A DNA stretch of 64,000 bases from Alloascoidea hylecoeti (taxonomy: Eukaryota), in the NCBI GenBank assembly GCA_001600815.1, contig BCKZ01000013.1, positions 583,621 to 647,620 on the forward strand, read 5' to 3'. Below the pieces are notes generated by a model. That model worked only from the letters and a program-made list of their open reading frames with translations, made no database searches and had not been told where the DNA came from. A program made the translations under genes and the position numbers. Of the stretch, positions 1 to 12,517 are shown piece by piece; position 1 is the stretch's first letter; each line of letters starts with the position of its first letter.

Positions 1-3000
1 GGTTTCCGAATTAGAAGAAATCCAAGAAAAGATTCAGCGAGTTATACAATCTACAAATGCTACTGAATTTTCGATTGATATGAAACTTCGAAATTATATA
101 AGAAGATGTTCCAATGATAATCCTTATGTTGTAAAGCAAACTCTTGAAGAAATTAAAAAATATTTGATCTCAAACCAAGATCAATTTCTTACTTTAAAAA
201 GTGATAAATACAACACCTCAATCTCCAAGTTGGTGATGTCATTATTGGAGGTGATTAATAAATTCAAGGATAATATCACAGATATCCCAGCTCTTTCATC
301 TAATTGTTTGGGGCTTATAGGAGGCATAGATGTAAATCGATTTGATAGTACCAAAGAATCTGGTGATTTGATAATTCTCAGTAATTTCACTCAAGCTAAT
401 GAAAGTATTGATTTTGTTATAACATTTGTTCAAGACCATTTGGTGAGTCCTTTCTGGGCATCGGCAGATCCAGGAAAACAGTTATTCCTGGCATATGCTA
501 TGCAAGAATACCTCAGATTTTGTTCATTGACAGAGTCTGTTTTGAATGGAAATTTGCCGCGCGATTCACCAGAGGTGATTATGTGGCATAGTTTCAACGA
601 AATGTCCCGATCTACTTTAACTCCTTTGCTTAGTTCAAGGTACTCGGCTACTGTTTTAGCCCCGGAGCAAGTGACATATCCTATATATGATCTAACAAAA
701 ACCACCTATTCACAATGGCTTAGGAAATTTACTTTAGATTTACTGGGCCGTGCTAGAGGTCACAATTCTGAACAGATCTTTAGAGTTTGTCGTCGTATCA
801 TTAAAGATCAAGATTTATCTATTAGTTCATTTGTATTACCATATATTGCATTGAACGTTATCATTGATGGATCTGATTCCGAGAGAAAAAATATAACAAA
901 TGAAATTCTTTATGTCTTGAAAACAGATATATCATCTCTGGATAATGATTTGGCAGAGAGTTTAAGGTCATGTTATCAAACAATTTTTCTGCTAGTTGAT
1001 TATTTCAGCAAATGGTTACATAGTCATAAGCAAGCATCATCCTCTAAAAATCGTGGGCATACACTAGATCTTCCGTCTCCAGCAGCTATAGAGAACATAC
1101 TGGAAGTCATCCCATCAGAATTAATGGCGAAAAGATCAGCCGAATGTGGTGACTACCCACGAGCTATTTTGTACCTTGAAGAATGCTGGAGAGAATGGCA
1201 TGACGATCCAATTAAAAAGGATAAATTGACAAAAATTGATTTTAATGATACCATTCAATCAATGTATGCCAATGTTGATGATCCAGATTCATTAGATGGT
1301 ATATTTGTTAATTTTTCAAACAACAGTATCGAAGATAAAATCAAGCAATTAAGATATAGTGATAATAATTGGACTATGGCACAGGAATTCTACGAAACTC
1401 TTGACGATGTTAAAGGTGGTGATAAATATACCATTGATCTTTTAGAATGCTTAAATGAACATAGTATGCACGAAGAGCTTTTGAAACAAATAAATGAATT
1501 TATTGTTAGGAAAGATATCTCAGAGAGTGATATTCCACAAGAGTGGTTTGGTTTAGCATTAGAAGCATCATGGAGCACCGGCCGTCTTAATGAGATGAAA
1601 AAATGGATTAAATTGTCTGATACATCCCCAAACAGGAAAAATATACAATCATCATTTAACTTTAATATTTCAAAAACTCTTGTTGATTTATCCGAAGAAA
1701 ATTTGGAAGGAGTTGATGAATCATTAAAATGCTGTAGAGAAAAAATATGGATATCATTGACTTCAAAAACAATCAATTCTTTATCCCAATGTCGAAGTGC
1801 TCTAGTGAAACTCCATGGATTATCAGATTTAGAAAGTATTGCAAAATCATCATTGAGTGATGAAGATTTTATACCTGATAGTATCACAAGAATATTAGAT
1901 AACCGGATTTCCTCAGTGGGTGATGATTTTCAATCATTATGGTATTTGTTGTCTATTCGAAGATCTGCTGATATTTTAACAAGGTATGTTATCTGAATCA
2001 CTTTTTCCCTCCTTCCTTTTGTAATAACTAACATAATAAAAATTTTCTAGAAATGATTCTTTTCTTAAAGATGCAGTTTCAACTTGGACAAACAGTGCCA
2101 AACTTGCCCGAAAAAACGGCCGATTAGACCTTGCTATTAAATCCAATCTTCATTCTATTATCAACAATGATCCTGCAGGTACTGTTGAGTATGCCAAAGT
2201 ATTGTGGGCTCAAGAAGATCATAGAAAAGCATTAATCATAATGAAGGAAGTTTTAGAATCCAAAACTTCTCCAATCTTAGATAAATCAATAAAAGCAAAA
2301 GTTCAATTAAAATATGCCACATGGCTTGATGCATCGGCACAAAGTAATACATCAGCAGTTATTGAAGAATATCAAAAGGCAATCAAATTAAATTCTCAAT
2401 GGGAAAAAGGGCATTATTATCTTGGTCGTTATTATTTAAAAATTCTTGATAGTCAAGCAGCATTACCAAATGATCGTAGATCTAAATCTTTTAGAAATGG
2501 AGAATATTATCCTTTAATTTCAAGAAATTATTTAAGAGCTTTACAATATGGTGTTAAATATTTATACGAATCTTTACCAAAAGTAATGACATTATGGCTT
2601 GATTTTGCAGAACAAAATGAATTACAAAAAGATAATAGTGATCCGCAAATCCAATCTGGAAGACTTCATTATCTTCGAATATTAAACATTGAGATTCGGA
2701 AATTTTATAGAAGATTACCAAAATATTTATTTTATACTGTTTTCAATCAATTACTTTCACGTCTTTGTCATCCAAGTAAAGATGTTTTCAATATGCTTGC
2801 AGAAATCATTACATTGGTAACATGTGAATATCCACGTTATGTTTTATGGTTTTTATTTGCACAAAGTAAATCAGAATCCACAGAACGTTGTGAAAAGGGT
2901 AAACAAGTTCTTCGAATTGCTTTAAAATCAGATTGTTCAAAATCAATTTCAAAAGATAGTGGAGTTTCATTATTTTCATTTTTAGGATCTGCTGAAACTT

Positions 3001-4229
3001 TATATGATCAATTACTTCGAATTTGTACAACACCATATCGTTCCAAAAATAGTTTTGGAAGTTTAATAAGAGATTTCAAATTTGATCATAAAGCTGCTCC
3101 ATGTGGATTAGTTGTTCCAGTAAGGAAAACCATGTCATTAACATTACCAAGTGAACCAGCAGCAATTAAAAACCATCATGCATTTCCAATATCAACTAGA
3201 GTAACAATTGATTCATTTGAAGATAAAGTTGAAATTCTTCATTCATTACAAAAACCAAGAAAAATAGTAATTAGAGGATCTGATGGTAAACGTTATAATA
3301 TTTTATGTAAACCACATGATGATTTAAGAAAAGATGCTAGATGGATGGATTTCACAACAATGATTGAAAGATTATTAAATCAAAATCCAGAAACTGCAAA
3401 AAGAAAATTAGTTATTATGGGATACGCAGTTATACCATTAAATGAACATTTTGGTTTAATTGAATGGGTTAAAGGAACAAGAGCAATGAGAAATTTAATT
3501 CAAAAAGGTTACAATTCAAGACATATTAATATTAATTATACAAATTTAAGGCAAGCACTTGGTAATCCAAATATGCCATTAACAACAAAACTTTCAAATT
3601 TTAATAAATTATTAGATTATTTTAAACCTGTTTTATATACTTGGTTTATAGAAGCATTTCCTGATCCAAACTCATGGTATAGTGCAAGAAATAATTTTGC
3701 AAGAGCAACAGCAGTAATGTCAATGGTTGGTTATATATTAGGACTTGGAGATCGTCATGGAGAAAACATTTTACTTAGTGAAAAGAGTGGAGCAGTATTA
3801 CATGTTGATTTTGATTGCCTCTTTGAAAAAGGTATGGAATTAGAAGTTCCAGAACGAGTTCCATTTAGATTAACACAAAATATGGTTGATGCATGTGGTA
3901 TTAATGGTATTGAAGGATCATTTCGAAAGGCTTGTGAAGTAACAATGTCATTATTAAGAGCTAATGAAAGTACATTGATGAATATTTTGGAAACATTTAT
4001 ACATGATCCTGTTATCGATTGGTCATCAAAAAGACAAAAGAATAATGGTGGTACAACCAAGGGTTTACCTGAGGCATCCTTGCTTACTATTAGACAAAAA
4101 ATTCGAGGTATTTTGGATAAAGATGAGTTACCAATGAGTGTTGAAGGTCAAGTGGAGGCATTAATTTTACAAGCTACATCGGCTGAAAATCTTTGTCAAA
4201 TGTATATAGGGTGGATGTCATTTTGGTAA
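1..4229 (+). CDS. MEC1: PIKK checkpoint kinase Mec1/ATR, 5'-partial, one intron (1984-2050)
   Basis: Frame open from window start. The GTATGT..AACTAAC..TAG intron 1984-2050 joins the two ORFs in frame (…ILTR/NDSFLKDAVSTWTNSAKLARK). FAT region, kinase motifs KPHDDLRKD, LGLGDRHGENIL and HVDFDCLF, FATC ending MYIGWMSFW. Confidence 0.96.
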
Positions 4230-4288
4230 TCTTTTTAATTTACTATGAAGAATTGCAATTATTTGATAATATATTATATGTATAATTT

Positions 4289-6277
4289 TTATAATCTACC
4301 AGAGAATTTATAATTATCAAGCCAAATTTTTGCATCTTTACCCATTGCAGCAACAAATTCAGTTTTTCCACCATTATTGACATTTTTTAAATTTTCTTTT
4401 TTATCTTTCCATTTTCTAATAATTAAAACTTCTTTATTATTTTCTAATTTTGTCCAATAACACCACCAACCTTTTGAAGTTTTTATAAATTTTTCAGAAA
4501 TTGATTGTTTATCAATTAATATTGATAATAATTGTTGATGAACATGAATTGATTGAGAATGTGAAACATTTAAATCATATGTATATTTCGGATCTAAAAA
4601 ACCTGAATCTGATAAAGATTCTTTATTATCTAATGATTGATCAATATTAGGAATTTTTGGTAAAGAAGTTTGGATATACTTTTCATTAGGATCATATATT
4701 AAGGTATAGAATTTTTTTGTGGAATTTGTTGAAGATTTTGAAGAAGATGATGAAGGAGTAGTTGTTGGGATTGATAAAGGTTTATTAAGTATTATATTAT
4801 TGATATCTGAATTAATTTCAGATACAAGGGAAATTAAATCATCTTGAATATCATCATAAAATGCTAGACTTTTTAATTCGGGTGATTCTGAATCAATCAA
4901 TAAAAGAAATAATAAATCATTTATTTGAAATAAAATAACATTACATTTTGTATCATCTTGATTATCTTTTAAAAAGTCAACGTAAACATATTTCATTGTA
5001 ATTTGTGGGATCAGTGCAACAGTTGTTGATTCTGTTCGTGATAAAGTTTCCTCACTCTCATCATTTTGACTAACATCTTCTGCACTATTTAAAAGGGTTT
5101 CTTCAGTTAAAAGTGTTTCTCCATTTAAAGCTGTTTCTCCATTTAAAGCTGTTTCTTCGTTTAAAGATATTTCTTCATTTAAAGCTATTTCTTCGTTGCC
5201 TCCATTTGATGATAAAGAAGCAGTTGAAATAGGAATCTGTGTCTCAATATTTCTCCTTCCAATGATATACTCACCCTTTCTTAATATTAAAGAATTGTGT
5301 AAAGATTCTACAAGTAATTCTTGTTCAGTTTGTTGATCCCTTTGTTTTCCAAACCAGGAGAAAGAAGGTAATGGAATAGCATCAACAAGAGTATTAACAG
5401 CACTCATTGCAGCGCCAAAAGTAGCAGCAAATGGATCAAACTGAATTACATGATCCTGGTTTAATGTATCATCGTTATTACTTCTTTTCAAGCCAGTACT
5501 TGAGAATTTCAGGTTATCAAAGTTGGAATCATGATAATTATATATCCATTGGTATAAATCAATTATGGAGTTTGTGGTTAGTTTATTAGAACTTGTTGAT
5601 ATTATAGCATCTTTTCGTATTGGAGATTCATCATTTAAATCAAAAATTAGTAAATCTTTAATATCTGTATTTTCATTAATGAATTGTTGAAGATGATTAA
5701 TTGTATCATTTGATAAAATAAAATTTGATTTTTTAAAAGCATCATAATAATTAATTACACCATTATTTGAAAGTCTTAAATTCCAATTAAGAGACCATTG
5801 ATTCCACCATTTTGTTAAATTTTTTTCGGTTTTTTCCCATTTATTTTGAGATAAATAAGATTCAAAGGATCCATAATGTAATTTCCAAGTCCTGTATGCA
5901 TTTTTCAGATCAGATATTAATAATTCAGGTGGAGTCATATCTTTAGTGAGATAATCAATGGAACCATCATCTTCATCACATAATTTATACAGAGAAACAG
6001 AAGCAGCGATCCACCAGTCCTGCTCGACTTCTATCTGGATTATTCTTTTCTTCTGTGTGTTTATGATCGATAGTGGCATCCCATAGGAAAAGTCTCTAGA
6101 GAACTCATTTATTCCCTGTAGTAGACCAACGGACTTCAGCTTTCTGTTGAGGGAAATGGGGTCTGGGACGTCCTGTGGCCCCACAAAACACAGGATCTGT
6201 TTATATAGATCAGCTTCCGACAGGCCCAAGGAAGGGTTGTAGATGGCCAAATAAACCAGTTTTGGGGGAGAATCCAT
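4289..6277 (-). CDS. CCZ1: Vacuolar fusion protein Ccz1 (Mon1-Ccz1 GEF subunit)
   Basis: N-terminal longin motif YLAIYNPSLG…GLLQGINEFSRDFS…EVEQDWWI; C-terminal KTSKGWWCYWTK…KEVLIIRKW. Confidence 0.85.
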   Translation of the reverse strand: MDSPPKLVYLAIYNPSLGLSEADLYKQILCFVGPQDVPDPISLNRKLKSVGLLQGINEFSRDFSYGMPLSIINTQKKRIIQIEVEQDWWIAASVSLYKLCDEDDGSIDYLTKDMTPPELLISDLKNAYRTWKLHYGSFESYLSQNKWEKTEKNLTKWWNQWSLNWNLRLSNNGVINYYDAFKKSNFILSNDTINHLQQFINENTDIKDLLIFDLNDESPIRKDAIISTSSNKLTTNSIIDLYQWIYNYHDSNFDNLKFSSTGLKRSNNDDTLNQDHVIQFDPFAATFGAAMSAVNTLVDAIPLPSFSWFGKQRDQQTEQELLVESLHNSLILRKGEYIIGRRNIETQIPISTASLSSNGGNEEIALNEEISLNEETALNGETALNGETLLTEETLLNSAEDVSQNDESEETLSRTESTTVALIPQITMKYVYVDFLKDNQDDTKCNVILFQINDLLFLLLIDSESPELKSLAFYDDIQDDLISLVSEINSDINNIILNKPLSIPTTTPSSSSSKSSTNSTKKFYTLIYDPNEKYIQTSLPKIPNIDQSLDNKESLSDSGFLDPKYTYDLNVSHSQSIHVHQQLLSILIDKQSISEKFIKTSKGWWCYWTKLENNKEVLIIRKWKDKKENLKNVNNGGKTEFVAAMGKDAKIWLDNYKFSGRL
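5087..5194. repeat. Coding minisatellite, six 18-bp units, inside CCZ1
   Basis: Units resembling ATTTAAAGCTGTTTCTCC; on the minus strand they encode EEIALN EEISLN EETALN GETALN GETLLT EETLLN. Confidence 0.9.
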
Positions 6278-6414
6278 TTAGTACTGGTCAGACCAGAATC
6301 CGAACAGAAGACAGGAGGCCCGTGCTTACGTAAGGCGTACCGTACTGTTCAACTGTTCTGTTCCTGATGAAAATGAAAATGAAACCTCCCTGAAACTGCT
6401 TTCCACATCCACAA

Positions 6415-7992
6415 ATGCTCAACACTTCAAACCTCTCGTCTTTGTTCAAGAAAGGCGACCATAAGAAGTCAAGATCAAAATCGAAAAAAAGTAAGTCCAA
6501 AACCCCGAAGTCGCAGAGATCGATTGCCACATTGGATAGCGACCAGGATGGGGACCTTATCCAGGAAGGATTCCCCGAAAGCCTCCCATCGAGTCTTCAG
6601 GAAAGCCCGTTGGCTTTGACAGACGGTCTGGCAAACAACACACCCGACCTGACGAATGGAACACCAAATGGGGATAAATTTCGTGGAAGACGAGGATTAA
6701 TGGACGAACCTGGTGAGTGAATAAATAATATTGTTACCTGGTGAATATTTGTTGAATATTTGGTACCTTTTTCTGTTTATCCTCTTTTTCCCCCTCCACA
6801 ACCCTAGAACACCACTCGAACATACTCACAACGCCTGCTAACCAAATTTCTCTTTTCAGATTCACCCATTTCCCCTAGTTTAGACCCAAACCCTCATACG
6901 GCTTTCCTTCCGTCCTTCAATTCCCCAAAAGCCCCAAATTTCGCGTCTCGTTCGAGTCCGGATCTTACCATTCAGCATTCCCCTACTAATACCAACTCAA
7001 AACTAGAAATATCAAAAAGAAACCGTTCAAATATATCAATAAACATAATAAACCCCCAAAATTTATCGACTAAAGATTCTTTAGCTCCAATGTTTGTACC
7101 AACATCTCCTTTAAAATCCCCAACACGTTCTGTATCAACTTCAAGAGTAATCCAAGACCTTCAAAATAAAATCGATAAATTACGTCGTGAATCTAATCAT
7201 TTAAAAATGCAAGCCTCAGAACAGAAAAAAACGGCTTCAACCTATTCAAAAAGATTCGAAAGTTTAACTAATGAATTAGAAATGGCAACAAAGGAAAATG
7301 AAGCTATGTCTATTCAATTTGGAGAACGTGAGGATAAAATCTCCAACTTAGCTTGTGAAATCTCAACACTTGATACAAAACTTTCTTCAATTGGTTCAAA
7401 AGAAGTAGAATTAACAACAAAATGTCGTTCATTAGAAGAAACTTTATCTAAATTAAATGAAGAATCAAAAATGTTTGAAAAAGCTTATGAAGCTGCTTTA
7501 CAAGGTCAAACTGATTTGAAAATAAGATATAAAAATCAATTATCTAATTTAAATGAAAAATTAAATGAATTTCAATTAAAAAGAGAAAAAGATTTGTTAA
7601 TGATTGAAAATTTTAATAAATCATTAATTGAAAAAGAATCTTTACAAAATGAAATTAATGAATTAAATTTAAAATTAAAAAATTTATCAAGTCAAAGAGA
7701 AGAAGAATTATTAAATTTGATAAAAGATATGAGGAATGAAAATATAAATCAAAAAGAATCAATGGTACCAATTTCAAAATATTGTAATGTATTACTTTCT
7801 GATATAGAAAGAATTAAAGATAAAGTTAATACAATGCAAGCTCAAAAAACAATGAGTGAAATGGTAGAAGAATTAGAAAAAGAAGATTTAAGTGGTGATG
7901 AAGCAATAGTTCCTGGTGGTCTTACAAATAGTAAAAAACGAATAATAAAAAAATCCAATGGTATTAAAAGAAATCCAAGTTTAAGGAAATAA
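6415..7992 (+). CDS. SHE3: Coiled-coil protein, She3-like mRNA-transport adaptor; intron 6713-6859
   Basis: The GTGAGT..GCTAAC..CAG intron joins ORF 6415 to the frame of ORF 7090 (476 aa). The segment SRVIQDLQNKIDKL…NELEMATKENEAMSIQFGEREDKI resembles, from memory, the She3 myosin-binding coiled coil. Confidence 0.6.
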
Positions 7993-8673
7993 ACCAACTA
8001 AATTCTTGTTAATAATTTTTTTCTTTCTTTTTTTTTATTATTCACATAGTTTAAATTCATTTTCATCTTTCGTTCTTAATCTTGATCTTGATCTTATCAT
8101 ATATTATCATGGCATTATAATAGCATTATTTTTGAAGTTTGATTTAATTTTGAAGTATTGATCGAGGAGTTCACAAAACATATATCATACACATACAAAT
8201 CTTTTAATGTTTATCATCTATTTATTATACTACTTGTATAACTTATATATCGAAAAACAATTCGATTTTTATGTTTTTTCTAACAATCTTATAATTATAC
8301 CTACATAATTATATATTTAATACTTTATTGTTGAGATATGTCAATAATAGCTTTAACCATTTTATTCCTATATCAAGCCAAAATTTATGATTGAAATTAG
8401 CGATTTACCTAACTGCAGCTATACGTAATTATATCAAACAATAATGGCTGAGGCGGCGGGCCTCAAAAGAGAATGAAGAACAAGCTTAATTTGCACTTAA
8501 AATATACTCACACGAGATTTTTTGGAATCATCTCTAGAACACCTAGACACTCAATCGTTCAAAGCTGCACTGAATCTCATGATGGAATTAGATAACAGTG
8601 AAACGATATTGATAATCTGGAATTATGTACACTTTAGCCTAGATTAATTTTCTAACACAAGCTTAAATTGTTG

Positions 8674-10191
8674 TCACCTAGCCTCCGGATCCTTCGAATG
8701 CTCATAAACAAAAACTTCTTCTAGATCTCCAGACTCCTTCGGTTCTAATAACCCTTTTTCTGCCATAATTCGGATATCTTCATGAACTTGTACTAGATCT
8801 GTATCCCTATTTTCAGGTCCCAGAAAAGTAATAAGAATAACATATCCAAAAGAACAACCCAAGAAAATAGCCATAACTAAAGAATATTGATACATACCTT
8901 CTTTTACATTACCTTCTTTATCATATAGTGGGAAACGAGATCCAATAGTTGCTTCAATAGTAGATGATGCAGAAGCTGCCAAATTCCCAAGTTGATAAGC
9001 CGTCCCAACAACAAATGATCTAAAATGAGGTGGTGATAACTCTGATAAATGAATAATAGTAATTCCCATATTACAACCTACAAAAAATTGTAAAAAAAAT
9101 GCTCCTGCTGCAATTGCTTCACTTTTAACAAATGCCCATGGATAAATACAAGCACCACCAAGAATACAACATATTATAGTTATAAATCTTCTTCCAAAAA
9201 TAGATGATAAATGTGTCATGAAAACTCCTCCCAATACACAACCTAAAGTACCCATTGAATTAACTAATGTTGATTTGTTTGCATTGAAATCTAATTCACT
9301 ACTTAATAATGTGGGATATAAATCCTGAGATCCATGAGCCATGAATTGAAAGCCTCCAATAAGAAGAACCATATAAACAATAATTAACCAATGTGATTTT
9401 AAAGCTAATAACATCTCGATTGTAAATGTTTTATCAGATTTAAATTTTCTTTCTGCTTTTTGTGCAATATATGCTTTTGTTTCTGGTAGTAACATTCTCC
9501 AAATTATAATTAAAACTGGTGGACCAGATGAAAACCAAAATAATGCTCTCCAACTATGTGAAGAATTAACAGTTATTATTCTATTAAAAATAACTACTAA
9601 AAGATACCCAAATGCATATCCACCTTGAAGTATTCCAGAAAGTTCACCTCTTGCTTCAATTGGACTATCATCAAGACAGAGAGCACTTGCATTTCCAAGT
9701 ACACCACCCATTGCAACACCAAAAAGGGCTCGAACAGCTAAAAATTGTTTATAAGTTGTAACAAATCCAGTACCTATTTGAATTATTGATAGTAACATTA
9801 AATTAACAATATATGGCCATTTTCTACCAAATCTATCACCTAAAAGTCCAAATATTGCAGCACCAACAGACCTAAACATTAGTACTAAAGTAATTCCCCA
9901 ACTAATATCATAATTACTAACATTTAATGATTTAGCAATTAATTTAACATTAACACCAACTGCAAAAAAATCAAACCCATCCCATATCCAACCAGCTGTA
10001 CCAACCATTATGAAATTCCATTGTTCTTTTTTAATACTTTTTAATGATGAAAATGGATTTATTGGTACTTTTGAATTTTTTATTTCTTCTCTTGATGGAA
10101 TTAATGTTGTAAATCTTGTTGAAAAATATTTTTTAATAGATGGCCATGTTAAATCAACACCAGGGTTGTTAGGATATTGATGGGTTTCCAT
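8674..10191 (-). CDS. JEN1: Carboxylate/H+ symporter, Jen family MFS
   Basis: WIWDGFDFF, SWGITLVLMFRSVGA, GDRFGRKWP, HGSQDLYPT and AYQLGNLAASASSTIE are Jen1/Jen2 signatures. Confidence 0.92.
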   Translation of the reverse strand: METHQYPNNPGVDLTWPSIKKYFSTRFTTLIPSREEIKNSKVPINPFSSLKSIKKEQWNFIMVGTAGWIWDGFDFFAVGVNVKLIAKSLNVSNYDISWGITLVLMFRSVGAAIFGLLGDRFGRKWPYIVNLMLLSIIQIGTGFVTTYKQFLAVRALFGVAMGGVLGNASALCLDDSPIEARGELSGILQGGYAFGYLLVVIFNRIITVNSSHSWRALFWFSSGPPVLIIIWRMLLPETKAYIAQKAERKFKSDKTFTIEMLLALKSHWLIIVYMVLLIGGFQFMAHGSQDLYPTLLSSELDFNANKSTLVNSMGTLGCVLGGVFMTHLSSIFGRRFITIICCILGGACIYPWAFVKSEAIAAGAFFLQFFVGCNMGITIIHLSELSPPHFRSFVVGTAYQLGNLAASASSTIEATIGSRFPLYDKEGNVKEGMYQYSLVMAIFLGCSFGYVILITFLGPENRDTDLVQVHEDIRIMAEKGLLEPKESGDLEEVFVYEHSKDPEAR

Positions 10192-10714
10192 TTTATCATT
10201 AAACTATGATAATCAATTTTCCATAAATTTTATTCAGATGTATGTTAAAATGTGAATTTCCGAAAGTTGGACTGAATTATAGGTAATTTATAATTGGTTA
10301 TAATGATAATATTTAATTTTTTAAGTGTTTGGTGGTTCCCTGCATATATACCGTATGCGTCCAATTTAAAATACGAGATGAGAAAAAATTATTAATTTCG
10401 CTATTTGAACGTGTTAATTTCGCTACTAATACACACAATTTACGTAGATGGATAGAACATTATTGGTGGGGACTTAAATACTATTAGTGAATCGTTTCAC
10501 ATTCATTCAGTAGAATTTGAATATCAGCATCTCTAAGAAACAGAAGATAAGCTAACTGGATATTTAAGTATTGCCACTTAAATTAAATTTAATCGCTAAA
10601 GGCGAGAGCGAAAATTCAAACTAACATTTTCTGTTCCTTAAATTCCAATCCGTTTTCAACGTCCATCGAGTAAACTTAAGTATGCAGGAATTCATGGATA
10701 TAATTTCGACCTTC

Positions 10715-10940
10715 ACCCATTGTGTTTATTATATGCCAGGGTGAACAACTGCTCCAACCAATTTTTTAACCTTACATATAATTTCCAATTAAAATATCTA
10801 AATAATTTAAACCTTCTAGCTAAAACTATTAAATTGAGGAAATCACTCCAAGGGTATAAAATCTCCGCTTCTTCTTTATCTCTCTTGTTTTCTCTTTTTG
10901 TTGTCTCATATTCATTGTATCTCTTTATATTATCACCATG
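10715..10940 (-). mobile_element. Possible third, highly diverged LINE 3'-end fragment (copy C)
   Basis: The minus frame IVLARRFKLFRYFNWKLYVRLK aligns conservatively with copy A ILISKNLKKYLVI*FNWKIYEKLK. The nucleotide motif TTTAATTGGAAAwTATATGwAArGTTAAAAAA (minus strand) is shared at 10762-10793 and 11585-11616. Confidence 0.45.
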
Positions 10941-11200
10941 TTATTGTATTTTTAATTTATTTTATTATCTCAGATATTTTGACAATAAAATACCCTAATC
11001 TATTTCATTTAATAGTTCCAGTGGTAATCCTCCAAATTTGATGCTTCTTCTAACTTCCAGTACCTTTGAGATGAAGAGGCCTTTCGTTTTTATATTTTTT
11101 TCATCTTTATCTATTATCAAATTTTTGATATCTATTGTTTCTAGTATTTTCTTTTTTAGTATTTTCACTGTATTACACTTTTCAACCAAATTTGTCTTTT
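10941..11200 (-). mobile_element. 5'-truncated non-LTR retrotransposon remnant (copy B)
   Basis: LVEKCNTVKILKK…KFGGLPLELLNEID*GILLSKYL is paralogous to copy A LFEDCSTIRILKK…RFAGTPPQILNEIDWGILISKNL (TGG>TAG). An A-rich tail TAATAAAATAAATTAAAAATACAATAA follows. Confidence 0.75.
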
Positions 11201-11414
11201 GTAGGTAGTGTGTCAAATATCAATCTGTGGGTTACCTCTAATGTAAAGGAACAATCATGACATCGTCATTATTTTGGGTATTCCTTTGATTATCATTTCG
11301 CGAGTCCATTTAACATTTCTTGGATGCATTTTATTGGTTCCTGAAAAACATTCCACAGTTCTTGAACTAGCCAGTTCGTAGATATATACAATTGTATGTC
11401 ATTCTTACCGCACA

Positions 11415-12495
11415 TTTAATATATTATTATGTTTATTACTTCTAGGACTGTTCCTATTAATAGCTTTTGGATTTATCTATATAAACGTAAGATAAATCCC
11501 ACTTTAAAGGATAGGAGGTTAGCTTTAATACATTTTTCCTGTTTAAGATCTTGATCGTCGTCTGTATCTGATTCCGCCTTTTTTTTTTTTAACTTTTCAT
11601 ATATTTTCCAATTAAATTATATAACTAGATACTTTTTCAAGTTTTTAGATATTAGAATCCCCCAATCAATCTCATTTAATATTTGTGGTGGTGTCCCTGC
11701 AAATCTAACATTTTTCCTTAGCTCTAGTGCCTTTTTGATAAAAGCCCCATTTTTTTCTATATGGTTATCTTTTGGATTTATTATCAATAATTTGATCCCA
11801 ATTCTATCGCTTCCTAACATCATCTTCTTTAGTATTCTTATGGTTGAGCAATCTTCAAATAGATGTAAGATGTCGTCTTTACCTTGTTGACATAAACTAC
11901 AAATATCAGATTTTTTTGCATTTTTTTGCATTTTTTGCATTTTTGTTAGGATGTAGCATATGAGTAACGTATCCCAAGCTGAGTAAATGTATCCATTGTG
12001 TCTCCTCAGGGTGTTCCTTATATGTTTCTTTGATAAATCCCCACCATTTCTTCCAATTTTCATTTTTTAGTTTAACTGCATTCATTTGTTTGGTTTCAAT
12101 ATAATTTTGTTTTTATTATACCACTTTTGGCTTATTGATTTAATTGAGTATTTGGATATGTTTTCTTCTTTCATGTCTTTTATTCTTTTTTCGATATCTT
12201 CTCCTGCTGGGTTTTCTACCAGTTTTTGTAACGCTTCATTTGTCAGTTTTGGTACCGTTTCAGTAGTTGGTATATTTCTTAGTTTTGTATTATTTATTAT
12301 TACTCTCCATGCTTTCAAGTATGTAATTAATCTCCCGTTAAACTTATTGTTCGGATTTACTGGAATAACTGAGTGTAAACTTAGGTTGGTATTATTTGAT
12401 AAATCACCTATCAAAATATTATACCAGTGAAAATTCAACTCTGTAAGATTATTTCGCCAGTTACATTTATTGTAAGCTATTAAGTGATTAGTAGC
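11415..12495 (-). mobile_element. 5'-truncated L1-clade (Zorro/Ylli-like) retrotransposon remnant, ORF2 C-terminus (copy A)
   Basis: Correcting two frameshifts (about 12082, and the AATGCAAAA repeat at 11911-11944) gives KPNKWNAVKLKNENWKKWWGFIKETYKEHPEETQWIHLLSLGY…ICSLCQQGKDDILHLFEDC, i.e. the C-x2-C-x8-H-x4-C knuckle found after the RT in L1-type ORF2. There is an A12 run at 11579-11590. Element ends are approximate. Confidence 0.8.
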
Positions 12496-12517
12496 TTACT
12501 TTATATCTAATGTCTTT

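Noticed and set aside
8450..8464. GAGGC-GGCGG-GCCTC hairpin between convergent genes
   Set aside because: A 5-bp stem is within chance expectation.
10941..12084. RIP-like C>T mutagenesis of the LINE copies
   Set aside because: Only one stop (TGG>TAG) is clearly a transition; copy A lesions are better explained by indels.
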